Source of the DNA: a virus
Taxonomy: Duplodnaviria; Caudoviricetes
DNA length: 24,507 nucleotides
Strand: one strand, 5' to 3'
IMG/VR virus record: IMGVR_UViG_3300006802_000538
Coordinates: 1 to 24,507 of that record
Shown: piece by piece, positions 16,601-24,394 of the stretch
Position numbering within the stretch: the stretch's first letter is position 1
Layout: the number at the start of each line of letters is the position of its first letter
The notes under the pieces: generated by a model
Database searches by the model: none
What the model was told of the DNA's origin: nothing
What the model saw: the letters and a program-made list of their open reading frames with translations, nothing else
Made by a program: the position numbers and the translations under genes

Positions 16601-16683
16601 TGAGCCGATTTAATTACAGCGGCGCGCTGCGCCTCTACTTCTGGCGCTTCTCGTACGATCTGGGTGGTAACGGTATCAACCAT
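13633..16683 (-). CDS. Putative DNA transfer/ejection channel protein, Gln/Ala/Gly-rich (1016 aa)
   Basis: N-terminal TTQIVREAPEVE, central FMNPYQ...AGAFGGTR motif recalled from podovirus ejection proteins, hydrophobic Gly-rich C-terminus IAGIGAGVLTGAGA. SD GAGG; 8-bp overlap with the upstream gene. Confidence 0.75.
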   Translation of the reverse strand: MVDTVTTQIVREAPEVEAQRAAVIKSAQDEIAKTLELPAYQAAGLSPFQKFAETNLLKDLGYTGYDITPATKTSPAIYTLKGDGISGWEDYLADADTTIGSGVDYAELGKQALSDLNLSTLYSGAQGAYTSGLTAAGAASTPSLTNALGYLDAGAGYAKDAGGRADDYLAANLANAQTTIGTGTSALTAATPDYTNAVTATNNLGNTVATATKGETGIAGGIAGLNSAQALIGGFTQANLAPSQTAINAGIGSATAIDPNFSAANAAASGIGQFINAADNGLDTVAKGTAGMGQAAMKASQYSGADLAASDAALRQGLSAASSVDPNFAASRAVANQLGTYADAADSGIGTIQKGVSGMTSSARDIGQYSQADLGRSQAFLGQAAQQARGADVDMGTANKAVRAGLQNASNVAEAALPAQKQAARTINLGIEGLLQGAEAYSPEAAQEFMNPYQQAVTQKAMQEMRRQANIARQDMAAQAVRAGAFGGTREGVQRAEFERNIQDQMQQKILQDYAQNYGQAQQAAMAGFEQQQQRQLGQGNLLGNLGLSQSEIGQRSAAAIAQEAALQGQLGTQAGALQSAQAQAELAQAQQLANIGTQMGQQELQQAQLGQQAETSEAAIYQNLVQAGYAPAQIAQIQSQIQAQRAGLLTDAQTRELQTELQRAQQITQSGQAMGQQAVQQAQLGQAATGLEANIYQNMVQAGYTPAQIAQVQGQMQAQQAGLLTDTQSRELQAELQRAQQLVAAGQTLGQQQIQQTQLGQQAAQALAGMSSQEAQAGMLYGDLAAQSANIYNQQAQNLANMETQEAQLGIQRGQQLVNAGNVLGQQELQQTQLGQQGVQNMAAVGQALGQIGAQQGQLSLGSGQFDLQKGQLYGQLGQGLGSIAGQQAEATLAKGQGLGSLGQQMASMGVQQAALGQAQQQLEQSDVSMLYNMGVGQQQNAQAQLDAARATSLQNAMQERNDVAFLSDVVSRVPSTQMSMSATTAPSTSPLQTIAGIGAGVLTGAGAASRAGII
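14242..14916 (-). repeat. Three 75-aa protein repeats (aa 590-814) plus partial fourth
   Basis: Units begin AQQLANIG, AQQITQSG, AQQLVAAG and GQQLVNAG at an exact 75-aa spacing. Confidence 0.9.
15580..16182 (-). repeat. Three 67-aa protein repeats (aa 168-368) plus partial fourth
   Basis: Units begin YLAANL, FTQANL, YSGADL and YSQADL at an exact 67-aa spacing, with shared (D)P(N/D)(F/Y) and G..G(L/M) positions. Confidence 0.85.
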
Positions 16684-18592
16684 TGGAGTTGCCCTCTAAT
16701 GCTTTCATTAAAGCATACATGCGTTTTGCACCGTTTCTGCGAGAGCCTTCGCCCGCTCCTCGTACTGCTTTGGCTGTAAACACGAACTCCCCGTCCGATA
16801 GCATCGCCGGGATGGAATCAGAAGTTCCAGTTCCGGGGCCGTTAATGGGTCCTGTCTTTCTTGGAAAATGATTTATCTCTCCACCAGAGGCGGCAGCTAC
16901 GACCGCTGGCGCTGCCGCCATTTGGTTGGGAGTCAAGCCTGACGTAACGAGGTCGTAAGCATTAGGATCTGTCGACAGGTTTGGGTAGGCGTAGGGGTCT
17001 TTTGTGATGTAAGCGGTATCCGCCCCACCAAGTTTGAAAGCCCATTTTTCTGGGTCTTCCTCAAGGAGCTGGTATCCCGTTTTTCCGGCATACCTTTGAT
17101 CAATCATTCCCTTGAATTCAGGGGGAACTTCTACCTCCGGAGTATCAAAAGCGCCAAGCGCATACGCTGCCCCAAGTCCTGCGGCTGTGATAGGACCGTA
17201 TGTCCGTAGAATACCCGGGGTCGCGGCCTTGAACGCTTCCATTGCCGCCGACTTACTTCCGGTTTCCAAAAGGGTGGTGTTGTAAGCCTCTTTTGCACTA
17301 GCCATCCCGGCTTCCTTAATTCCTCCGGGCATGATGTTTTGATTGACCCAGTCCCCCGCTTTTGAGAAAAACGACGGCTCTGCCGCCGCAGTAGCAGGAG
17401 AGGTGTACGCGTTTACATCTGCGGGAGTAAACACGTCTTTGGCCGCTGACAGCTCCCCAGTGGCGACATCCGAAGGTTTCATCGGAACCGTATCAAGCGT
17501 AACGGCCTCTTTTCCAGCCTCAATGCCCGCTGTTTTTGCGTTGCTAAGAGTTTCAATGCCCCCCGCTGCTCCTGTTGCACCCGCTGTTTTTGCAGTGGCG
17601 GCAGCAGCGGCTTCTTTGTATGAGGTCGGAGTTAGCCCAAAAACCTTGGCACCAATGCCCGCCGTTGCGCCGGTTATAAGCCCAGTTTTAAGCGCGTCTC
17701 CAAACTTTTGCCCGCTTGCCATACCAACAAGAGTGCTTGCGGCCATCGTGTTCACGGCAAGAGCAAGATTAGGCATTGCCGCAAGCCCCAAAGACCCTGC
17801 GAGACCTGCCCCAAACGGGCCGGCAGGCCCGAGTAAAAAAGTTGCCCCAACCGTCAGAACCGCCCTCCCAATAGGATTGGACGCTACCGACTTGACGACG
17901 TTGACAACGCCTTTAACAAGGCCAGTAACGGCTTTAGCTACCCCACTAAAGATGTTTCCAACGGCCTTGAAAATACTTTTCAAAAAGAATTCTGGGAGCC
18001 CTGTGATGGGGTTTATAGTTCCGCTGCCCCCGTTTCGACGTAGAAGACGTGCTTCTGAGGGGGTGATGTGGGCAAGCATCGTGTCCTGCTTGCGTCCTTG
18101 CGCTGCAACAGCGGCGGCAAGAGGCTTAAGGGTTGCCAGTCCGCCTTCCGCAAAATTCATGGAGGGGATCTCTGGCCGCTGCGACATTTTTTCGGAAAGT
18201 TCGTCCAAAACGATGTTCATCGCAGCAAAAAAAGCAGGATCAAACCTTTCCGGAAGAATGTCGGGCGGAACCCCCTCGTCAATAAACCCCTGTCGGTTTT
18301 CTTCGTAGTTCTCCGGCTCGCTTACGAGAGCATCTATCATTTTGCCCAAGGCATCGATGACTTCTTCTGGGAGGGCTACTCTTTCCAGTACTGCACGGAG
18401 CTGGGCGACAAGACGAGGGTCTGCCTTTTCGATGGTTTCTATCAGATCTTTTCCGAAGCGTTGTGGGTCTTCTGCAGCATACTCTCGCACGGCAGACTCG
18501 AATTGCTGCATCTCTTCTGGAGAAACTTCGGGGACGCTCGGGGCCATGGAAGAATCCATGTTCTCCCCTAAAGACATGATACCTTCAGCCAT
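16676..18592 (-). CDS. Putative internal virion/pilot protein (638 aa) with two tape-measure-like AxGG modules and a membrane-active segment
   Basis: FAEGG...DTMLAHITPSE...GGSGTINPITGLPEF; amphipathic helix and Gly-rich hydrophobic stretch; C-terminal ASGG...GPGTGTSDSIPAMLSDGEFVFT. Confidence 0.75.
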   Translation of the reverse strand: MAEGIMSLGENMDSSMAPSVPEVSPEEMQQFESAVREYAAEDPQRFGKDLIETIEKADPRLVAQLRAVLERVALPEEVIDALGKMIDALVSEPENYEENRQGFIDEGVPPDILPERFDPAFFAAMNIVLDELSEKMSQRPEIPSMNFAEGGLATLKPLAAAVAAQGRKQDTMLAHITPSEARLLRRNGGSGTINPITGLPEFFLKSIFKAVGNIFSGVAKAVTGLVKGVVNVVKSVASNPIGRAVLTVGATFLLGPAGPFGAGLAGSLGLAAMPNLALAVNTMAASTLVGMASGQKFGDALKTGLITGATAGIGAKVFGLTPTSYKEAAAAATAKTAGATGAAGGIETLSNAKTAGIEAGKEAVTLDTVPMKPSDVATGELSAAKDVFTPADVNAYTSPATAAAEPSFFSKAGDWVNQNIMPGGIKEAGMASAKEAYNTTLLETGSKSAAMEAFKAATPGILRTYGPITAAGLGAAYALGAFDTPEVEVPPEFKGMIDQRYAGKTGYQLLEEDPEKWAFKLGGADTAYITKDPYAYPNLSTDPNAYDLVTSGLTPNQMAAAPAVVAAASGGEINHFPRKTGPINGPGTGTSDSIPAMLSDGEFVFTAKAVRGAGEGSRRNGAKRMYALMKALEGNSNG

Positions 18593-18595
18593 GTT

Positions 18596-18659
18596 TCATA
18601 CCTTTCCTGTAATGTGCCATGGCCCGTGGGCCGCGCGCCAAGAAAGGACGCGAATATGA
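18596..18659 (-). promoter_or_regulatory. Candidate 5'-UTR RNA structure sequestering the ribosome-binding site of the 638-aa gene
   Basis: In the mRNA, CCUUUCUUG pairs with CAGGAAAGG (9 bp, one G-U). There is an inner GGCC-CACG-GGCC hairpin and an outer UCAUA/UAUGA pairing. Confidence 0.55.
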
Positions 18660-18680
18660 CACTAATAATGCTCCAAAACC

Positions 18681-19013
18681 CTAGTTTCTGTCCACTTCTA
18701 GATAGGATAAATAGAAGTAAACCGTCGAAACTGAGGATTCCACTGAAATCTTGTCCCCTGCCTCCAAAATACAGGGAACGCCGTTAAAAACGTCCATCGT
18801 ACTGTTAGGGGCAAGGACATAGGACCTTAGCAGGTAGTATTCGGTGGCCGACCCGCTAACGTACTGAGAAACGGTGATCGAGGCCCTAGAACCATTGCCG
18901 TTAGTCACCCTCAACGAGCTTAAAATCGCCGTATTGGCAGGCGGAACCGTGTAAAGGTCGGTTTCCGTCGTCGCACTGGGGGAAAGCCGCTGCCGAAAGT
19001 ACTTGTTTGCCAT
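18681..19013 (-). CDS. Small beta-rich virion structural protein
   Basis: 110 aa; pattern TDLYTVP...TAILSSLRVTN...LEAGDKI recalled from phage tail-region proteins; located in the structural operon. Confidence 0.75.
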   Translation of the reverse strand: MANKYFRQRLSPSATTETDLYTVPPANTAILSSLRVTNGNGSRASITVSQYVSGSATEYYLLRSYVLAPNSTMDVFNGVPCILEAGDKISVESSVSTVYFYLSYLEVDRN

Positions 19014-19017
19014 TTTT

Positions 19018-19710
19018 TTAGCTCAAAGATGAGATATAGCCCACCGTCAGGATGACAGAAGGCGTTGCTGGGCGGGTCGGAGAGGTCGCCGAGGCTAATT
19101 GCTGGATGGATACCGCCGTATTCGTCGTACTCCAGTAAATTTCGAAGTAATCCCCCGGATTAAGGTCCAGATAGAAGTTAAGAGCGGCGATTATTCCTCC
19201 GTCCACGCCCCCGTGCGAGGAGGTAACGCTGTAGCGACTGTTACTATCTGCAATGTTAGTGCCGTTTTTTGAGAACCAGATATCAACGTCGTGTATTTGA
19301 CTGTCCGTATTGATCAACTGAAGGCTAAACTGGGCGTTGTAAACCCCCGCGTAGTCCACGTTCACCCGCGAGGAGTTGGTGACATACACGCCCTCTGACA
19401 GGTCTGTCACGTTGTACGTGATTGCATAGCCAACGGTCGTAGATGCCGCCGTCTGGTCTTGGTTACTCCTGAAAGCCCCGTGAGGAAGAAGGAGTTGCTG
19501 GGCACCTTGCGGCCCAGAAATGCCTGATGGCCCTGCCGTTCCTCCAAACCAACGCCCCGCCCCGTCCGTGTTCTCGGTCGTAGTCGGGGTGTAGCTCGTG
19601 TTGAGCTGGAAAATGACCTGTTCCAGTGACCGCACAAGCTGGTTGAACTGCTCCGGGCTATACTCCCGGGGAATAGCATTCGGCAGGCGGACGTTGAGAA
19701 TCTTGCTCAT
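19018..19710 (-). CDS. Putative tail needle/spike protein with short collagen-like linker and C1q/TNF-like C-terminal domain
   Basis: N-terminal helix EQFNQLVRSLEQVIFQLN, five Gly-X-Y triplets, then PHGAF...AGVYNAQFSLQ...KNG...LNPGDYFEIYW. ATGA-type coupling to the nozzle gene. Confidence 0.65.
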   Translation of the reverse strand: MSKILNVRLPNAIPREYSPEQFNQLVRSLEQVIFQLNTSYTPTTTENTDGAGRWFGGTAGPSGISGPQGAQQLLLPHGAFRSNQDQTAASTTVGYAITYNVTDLSEGVYVTNSSRVNVDYAGVYNAQFSLQLINTDSQIHDVDIWFSKNGTNIADSNSRYSVTSSHGGVDGGIIAALNFYLDLNPGDYFEIYWSTTNTAVSIQQLASATSPTRPATPSVILTVGYISSLS

Positions 19711-21566
19711 CTAAGGCCGTCCGGCTGCAAGTCTACCCGCAGGGTTCCATATCGCCACTTGGTGTCAATCTCGTCACTCTCGATCCGAAGCGAGATTTGC
19801 CTACCACGCGCCCTTGTGTCGACCTTAGTAGTCGTAGGCGTGATCGTGTACGGGTCCAAAGAACTTGGTGTGGCAGTGCCTTGCGGATAAGCGCGAAGCA
19901 ACAAATGGACCGTAAGGTCTCCTTCCTGCCCCTTGAAGTCCGGCAAGAACCTGCTCATGAAGAGCATGTTGTCGCCATCTCCAATGTCAAAGTAGCCCGA
20001 ACGAATATAGGCTGTTATGGCTTCATCAACCGCATTCTTACCATACTCCTGCGCGTATGCGGGAGATCTTCCTGCCGACAGGCCGTAGATCGTCGAAATG
20101 GTGCTTTCAGTGCTGCTTGGCAAGTAAGAGAATGCCGAGGGGTATTTGAATACAGTAGCATCTTCCCACCATGTTCTAGCCATGGTTCCAATGCTCCAGA
20201 CCTGCTCAAGGTAGTTAAACGTCACGCAACGGTCGATGTAGTCCGAATTCTCAGAGCAATACCACCATGTGACTTCATTGAAGTCAGAGTTGATTCCAAC
20301 AAAGAACCGTGAGCCTTGGGTCGAGTTCATGTCATCAAAGACATAATCCTGTACGGTGCATGGAAGTTTCTTAACCGTACCGTCGAACACGTAGAACGCC
20401 TCATGGCCCATCCAAAGAGCAAGCCCGTTCACGTCTGCCGCTGCATGTGCCCCAATACAACCACAGTTAGCGCCAAGTTGCTGGAACCCAAAAGTGTAAG
20501 GGGGTCCTATGTACTGCATGCCGTGCAGTGACGTATCCGTGAAGATAAGAATTTGACCTCTTGAGCGGATGGCCGTCACGATCTGATTGCCGTCCGTAAG
20601 GCGTTGGCCCCCCGCCGTGTTGGTCGCAGTCTCGGCAAAGTTCCCAATGTCCTCCTGCGAGGAAAACCTCACGAACATCGGGTCCTGCGTCGAAGGGGTT
20701 CCAATCGTACTTTCAGTGCCAAAGCACACCAGATGTCTGTCAGGAGTAGAGACGAGCGCATAGGTGCTCTTCGTCGGCGCTCCCGATATCTGGGAAGCGC
20801 GCGTGCTAGGGCCTGCGCTAGTATCCCAGTAGTAAGTACCGCCGTTATACAGCTGGCAGACCATGTCTTCGCCGTAATTATCGAACTGCCAAATTCGAGC
20901 AAACAGGCCTAGGCCGGCAGCGCGAGGAGTTCCCCATGTCCCACCGCCCCATGCTCCAACACCCCATCCAAAGTCAAAGTAGTTGATGTCTAGACCAATC
21001 GAAATCTGGTACGCCCCTACAACAGAGGCTCCTCCGTTACCGCTGTCAGAAGCATTGGCGTTAACGGGAGCCGTTATAGTATAGGTGTTCGCGGTCAGAA
21101 CTGAGGTAACTTCATATTCGGCATTCAAAATAGAAGCCGTAATATTTCCTCCGAGAGAACTGGCCCCGCTAAACGTAACAAAATCCCCAGCTGACGCGCC
21201 GTGAGCGGTGTCCGTAACTGTAATGATCGAAGACCCGTTAGTCGCCGCAAAAGTAACATCTCCAGCGGCAGTCGTTGCCCGCAGCGGCGTGATGTCGTCC
21301 CAAAGACCGCCAGAATAGACGTACAGTTTCTTTGTTGTCCCCACCATCATGTAAGGAACACCCGCCAGTGAAGTCCAAGATCTTGAGTGACTTACAATTC
21401 CTACAAGATACGTCTCAAGCTGCTCGAACCAAGTCCAGCCGCCTACTTTTTCAGGAAGGCCATAGCGAAAGCGCACGTAGTCGCAGTCGGTCCAGCCGCC
21501 CTCAGCTCCGTACTCTGTATTTTGTTTGTCTATGCCCGGCTTTAATGCCAAACGAAGAAGAGCCAT
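19707..21566 (-). CDS. Putative tail nozzle / packaged-DNA stabilisation protein (P22 gp10/T7 gp12-like role)
   Basis: 619 aa, beta-propeller-like composition; N-terminal LKPGIDK...W.DCDYVRFRYGLPEKVGGW and C-terminal RARGRQ...WRYG...QPDGLR. SD AGGAG. Confidence 0.75.
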   Translation of the reverse strand: MALLRLALKPGIDKQNTEYGAEGGWTDCDYVRFRYGLPEKVGGWTWFEQLETYLVGIVSHSRSWTSLAGVPYMMVGTTKKLYVYSGGLWDDITPLRATTAAGDVTFAATNGSSIITVTDTAHGASAGDFVTFSGASSLGGNITASILNAEYEVTSVLTANTYTITAPVNANASDSGNGGASVVGAYQISIGLDINYFDFGWGVGAWGGGTWGTPRAAGLGLFARIWQFDNYGEDMVCQLYNGGTYYWDTSAGPSTRASQISGAPTKSTYALVSTPDRHLVCFGTESTIGTPSTQDPMFVRFSSQEDIGNFAETATNTAGGQRLTDGNQIVTAIRSRGQILIFTDTSLHGMQYIGPPYTFGFQQLGANCGCIGAHAAADVNGLALWMGHEAFYVFDGTVKKLPCTVQDYVFDDMNSTQGSRFFVGINSDFNEVTWWYCSENSDYIDRCVTFNYLEQVWSIGTMARTWWEDATVFKYPSAFSYLPSSTESTISTIYGLSAGRSPAYAQEYGKNAVDEAITAYIRSGYFDIGDGDNMLFMSRFLPDFKGQEGDLTVHLLLRAYPQGTATPSSLDPYTITPTTTKVDTRARGRQISLRIESDEIDTKWRYGTLRVDLQPDGLR

Positions 21567-21577
21567 GACCGCACTCC

Positions 21578-24382
21578 TTAGGCCGCCACTGCCTTGATAA
21601 CCGCGAAATTAAACACCGGCTGCTCTGTCGTCGTTCCGCCAGTTGTAGCAAATGAGATACGAAAAGATCCAGCGGCAACGTTCGTGACGTGCATCATATA
21701 CAGGTCAGTCCCAGACTTTTGGTTCACGATCACCACGTCCGTCGCAGCCACTGTGCTATTGGTCACCGTAAAGCTCTGCCATGTCGCCGTGCCTGCCGCA
21801 GAGACCAGCGTAATCGCGCCGTTCGTCTTGTTCAGCGTGACACCTGTCGTTCTGCTGGTGGCCTGAGTAACTGCGCCACCCGTCCCAGTCCCATAACCAA
21901 GGCCCGCAGTATCCTTGGTCATCGTGAAGCCGGTATCGGCAACTCGACAGATTTCGGCGACAGTCGCCGCGTTAGCCGCAGCACCAAACCGAATCGTACC
22001 ACCGCCGTCTACACCCGCCGAGGACGAAAGGATGTAAGCGCCAACCGCCGCGTTAGTGGCGTCTGAATTGTAAAACTCAATTTTACCAATCGGCTGATTG
22101 GCGGCAGACGTGGTGTCGGTATCAGTGAATCGAAGGGTGTTTACCGGGGTATCCGAAGCCGCTCCCTGATTACTCCCCGCAAGATCCAGTAGCTTTTGGG
22201 GGTCAACAAAAGTATTACCAATTCCAACATACCCGTTAGAATCAATACTTACTCTTGTCGTTGGGTTTGTCCCTGCCGCTGCCGTGGTAGCAAAAAGTAT
22301 TTTCCCGGGAACAGAACCATCAGCAACGGTTCCATCGCATCGCGCAGTAATTCTAGCGGCGGGAGCGAATTCGGAACTAGTAGAATTTCCGTCAGCCCCG
22401 CACCAGAGGATGTCTCCAAGATTGGTGCCAGAGGCTACAGCCGTGTAAGACCCCGCCGTTGCATTACTGCTTCGACTAAAATTTATGATATTTGCAAAAG
22501 TAGTGTTTGTAGACCATGTAAATAGACCAAAACTACCCTGTGTGCTGCCCGCAGTATGTCCTTGAATTCCCGGTGTATACACGGCGGAACTAATCCCAAC
22601 CGTAGAAACAGCGGAGGTGTAGCCTTTGACTAAATTTCCAGACGCGTCAACTACGAAAGGCGTCGCGTCAGGATTGGTGCTGTCTTCGACTAACAGCGCG
22701 TTACCCGTGCCAAGCTGCGTGACGCGCAGAGCAGCATTAGTGTTGTCGGTGACGCTGATTACTGTGCTACCGCCGAAGTAGTTCGGTGCACTGCCTGCGG
22801 CGTAAAAACCGTAGCGACTAGTTCCAGAAGCGCCTAGGTTAGTGTAAAAAGCGTAATTAGTAGTCGCGTCGGTAAGGCTGTTTCCAACTATAAATCCATA
22901 TTGATTATCTACAGTAGCGCTAGTTCCTTTCGCTATACCATAAGTAAGATAAGCATAATAAGCCTCTAATGCAGTAGAGGCTGAGGTGCTGGGGTTTGCA
23001 TTATAAGAAACATGTGTTGATCCTATCCCGGATACAGCGGAAGAAAGAGTTACTGTATCTTCAAAGGTGATTCTATAACTTGCCCCAGTAGGCCCAGTGT
23101 CTGCCCCGTCAACTCGTACCGCTGTAGGACTGGATGAATTAAAATTAAACCTAGCGGATGTCGCGGAAGTATTTCCAATCTGTGTATTGTCAAGGGTTCC
23201 GCCTGTAATTGCCGGAGTTGTGATCGTCGGACTCGTCGCAAATACAAGTGCTCCGCTGCCCGTCTCATTGGTAACCGCTGCAGCAAGGTTTGCAGAAGAG
23301 GGGGTTGCTAAAAACGTCGCGATCCCTGTTCCCAGTCCAGAAATGCCGGAGGAAACAGGCAGCCCCGTGCAGTTCGTCAGCGTTCCAGAAGTAGGCGTTC
23401 CAAGAACAGGGGTGACAAGAGTCGGACTCGTTGCAAAAACAAGCGCTCCACTGCCCGTCTCATCAGTAACCGCCGCAGCAAGGTTTGCGGAAGAGGGAGT
23501 TGCCAAAAACGTTGCGACCCCAGTTCCTAATCCAGAAATTCCGGAGGAAACGGGAAGCCCCGTGCAGTTCGTCAGCGTTCCAGAAGTAGGCGTTCCAAGA
23601 ACAGGGGTGACAAGAGTCGGACTCGTTGCAAATACAAGCGCTCCACTGCCCGTCTCATCAGTAACCGCCGCAGCAAGGTTTGCGGAAGAGGGAGTTGCCA
23701 AAAACGTTGCGACCCCGGTTCCTAATCCAGAAATTCCGGAGGAAACGGGAAGCCCCGTGCAGTTCGTCAGCGTTCCAGAAGTAGGCGTGCCGAGGACAGG
23801 AGTAACAAGAGTTGGGCTGGTGGCCAAAACGTTGTTGCCAGTGCCTGTATTGGTAACGCTGGCCACATTCTTGTTCGCATCAAGCGCAAGCGCCGTGCTG
23901 GCAGTCAGCGAAGATACCGAAAGATTCCCTACCTGCAGGTTTTCTAGCACATTGTAGATGTAAGACGTGCTACCGCCCCCAGAACAACGCACAACGATGT
24001 CTTTCCCGTTCGGGATCTCGTAGTCACGAGCAGCGTCATACGTCCCTTGGAACAGCAAAATACTGCGGCTTCCCGAAAGCCCGTTCCGAATAAAGTAATA
24101 CCCCTCAAAATCATTTGGGGTAATCTGGACGTAGGTCGTGCCTCCAAGGTCTCCCGCGTCCACGAATTCAACAATCCTGTTCCGCCCGTTAGACGCTGCA
24201 AAATCCGCAACATTGAGCGTGTTCGGAGAACCAGAACTACCCGCAGAAGCAAGCGTAACGCTGACATAACCAACAATGGCCGTGTCAAAATAATCAAAAT
24301 TGGTATTGGTCGAATCGCCCCACGTGCCGGATTCGTCGCCCGTGGTGATTTGCTTGATGCCAAGATTCGTATATGTAGCCAT
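21578..24382 (-). CDS. Tail fibre / receptor-binding protein (934 aa)
   Basis: Thr/Ser/Gly/Ala-rich; N-terminal anchor TGDESGTWGDSTNTN, 65-aa shaft repeats, knuckle motifs (RVSIDSNGYVGIG) and C-terminal VTQATSRTTGVTLNK...FNFAVIKA domain. SD AGGAG. Confidence 0.85.
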   Translation of the reverse strand: MATYTNLGIKQITTGDESGTWGDSTNTNFDYFDTAIVGYVSVTLASAGSSGSPNTLNVADFAASNGRNRIVEFVDAGDLGGTTYVQITPNDFEGYYFIRNGLSGSRSILLFQGTYDAARDYEIPNGKDIVVRCSGGGSTSYIYNVLENLQVGNLSVSSLTASTALALDANKNVASVTNTGTGNNVLATSPTLVTPVLGTPTSGTLTNCTGLPVSSGISGLGTGVATFLATPSSANLAAAVTDETGSGALVFATSPTLVTPVLGTPTSGTLTNCTGLPVSSGISGLGTGVATFLATPSSANLAAAVTDETGSGALVFATSPTLVTPVLGTPTSGTLTNCTGLPVSSGISGLGTGIATFLATPSSANLAAAVTNETGSGALVFATSPTITTPAITGGTLDNTQIGNTSATSARFNFNSSSPTAVRVDGADTGPTGASYRITFEDTVTLSSAVSGIGSTHVSYNANPSTSASTALEAYYAYLTYGIAKGTSATVDNQYGFIVGNSLTDATTNYAFYTNLGASGTSRYGFYAAGSAPNYFGGSTVISVTDNTNAALRVTQLGTGNALLVEDSTNPDATPFVVDASGNLVKGYTSAVSTVGISSAVYTPGIQGHTAGSTQGSFGLFTWSTNTTFANIINFSRSSNATAGSYTAVASGTNLGDILWCGADGNSTSSEFAPAARITARCDGTVADGSVPGKILFATTAAAGTNPTTRVSIDSNGYVGIGNTFVDPQKLLDLAGSNQGAASDTPVNTLRFTDTDTTSAANQPIGKIEFYNSDATNAAVGAYILSSSAGVDGGGTIRFGAAANAATVAEICRVADTGFTMTKDTAGLGYGTGTGGAVTQATSRTTGVTLNKTNGAITLVSAAGTATWQSFTVTNSTVAATDVVIVNQKSGTDLYMMHVTNVAAGSFRISFATTGGTTTEQPVFNFAVIKAVAA
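23240..23824. repeat. Three tandem 195-bp (65-aa) repeats in the tail fibre
   Basis: ATSPTLVTPVLGTPTSGTLTNCTGLPVSSGISGLGTGVATFLATPSSANLAAAVTDETGSGALVF x3; units at 23240-23434, 23435-23629 and 23630-23824. Confidence 0.97.
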
Positions 24383-24394
24383 TATCGCTCGCTC

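Noticed and set aside
13633-16683. Siphovirus tape-measure protein
   Set aside because: No tail tube, chaperone or baseplate genes nearby; the context (nozzle, needle, several internal proteins) fits podovirus ejection proteins. The morphotype remains an inference.
13633-17600. Additional AxGG matches (DAGG, IAGG, AAGG)
   Set aside because: Expected by chance in Gly/Ala-rich sequence and lacking the leader or module context; not counted as sites.
17343-18308. 321-aa plus-strand ORF
   Set aside because: Antisense to the Ala/Gly-rich 638-aa gene; explained by codon bias.
23240-23824. Diversity-generating retroelement TR/VR pair or CRISPR array
   Set aside because: The repeats are contiguous, in frame and differ mainly at synonymous sites, not adenine-specifically; no reverse transcriptase and no spacers.
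23097-23957. 286-aa plus-strand ORF with repeats
   Set aside because: Antisense shadow of the tail-fibre repeats; no SD or independent motifs.
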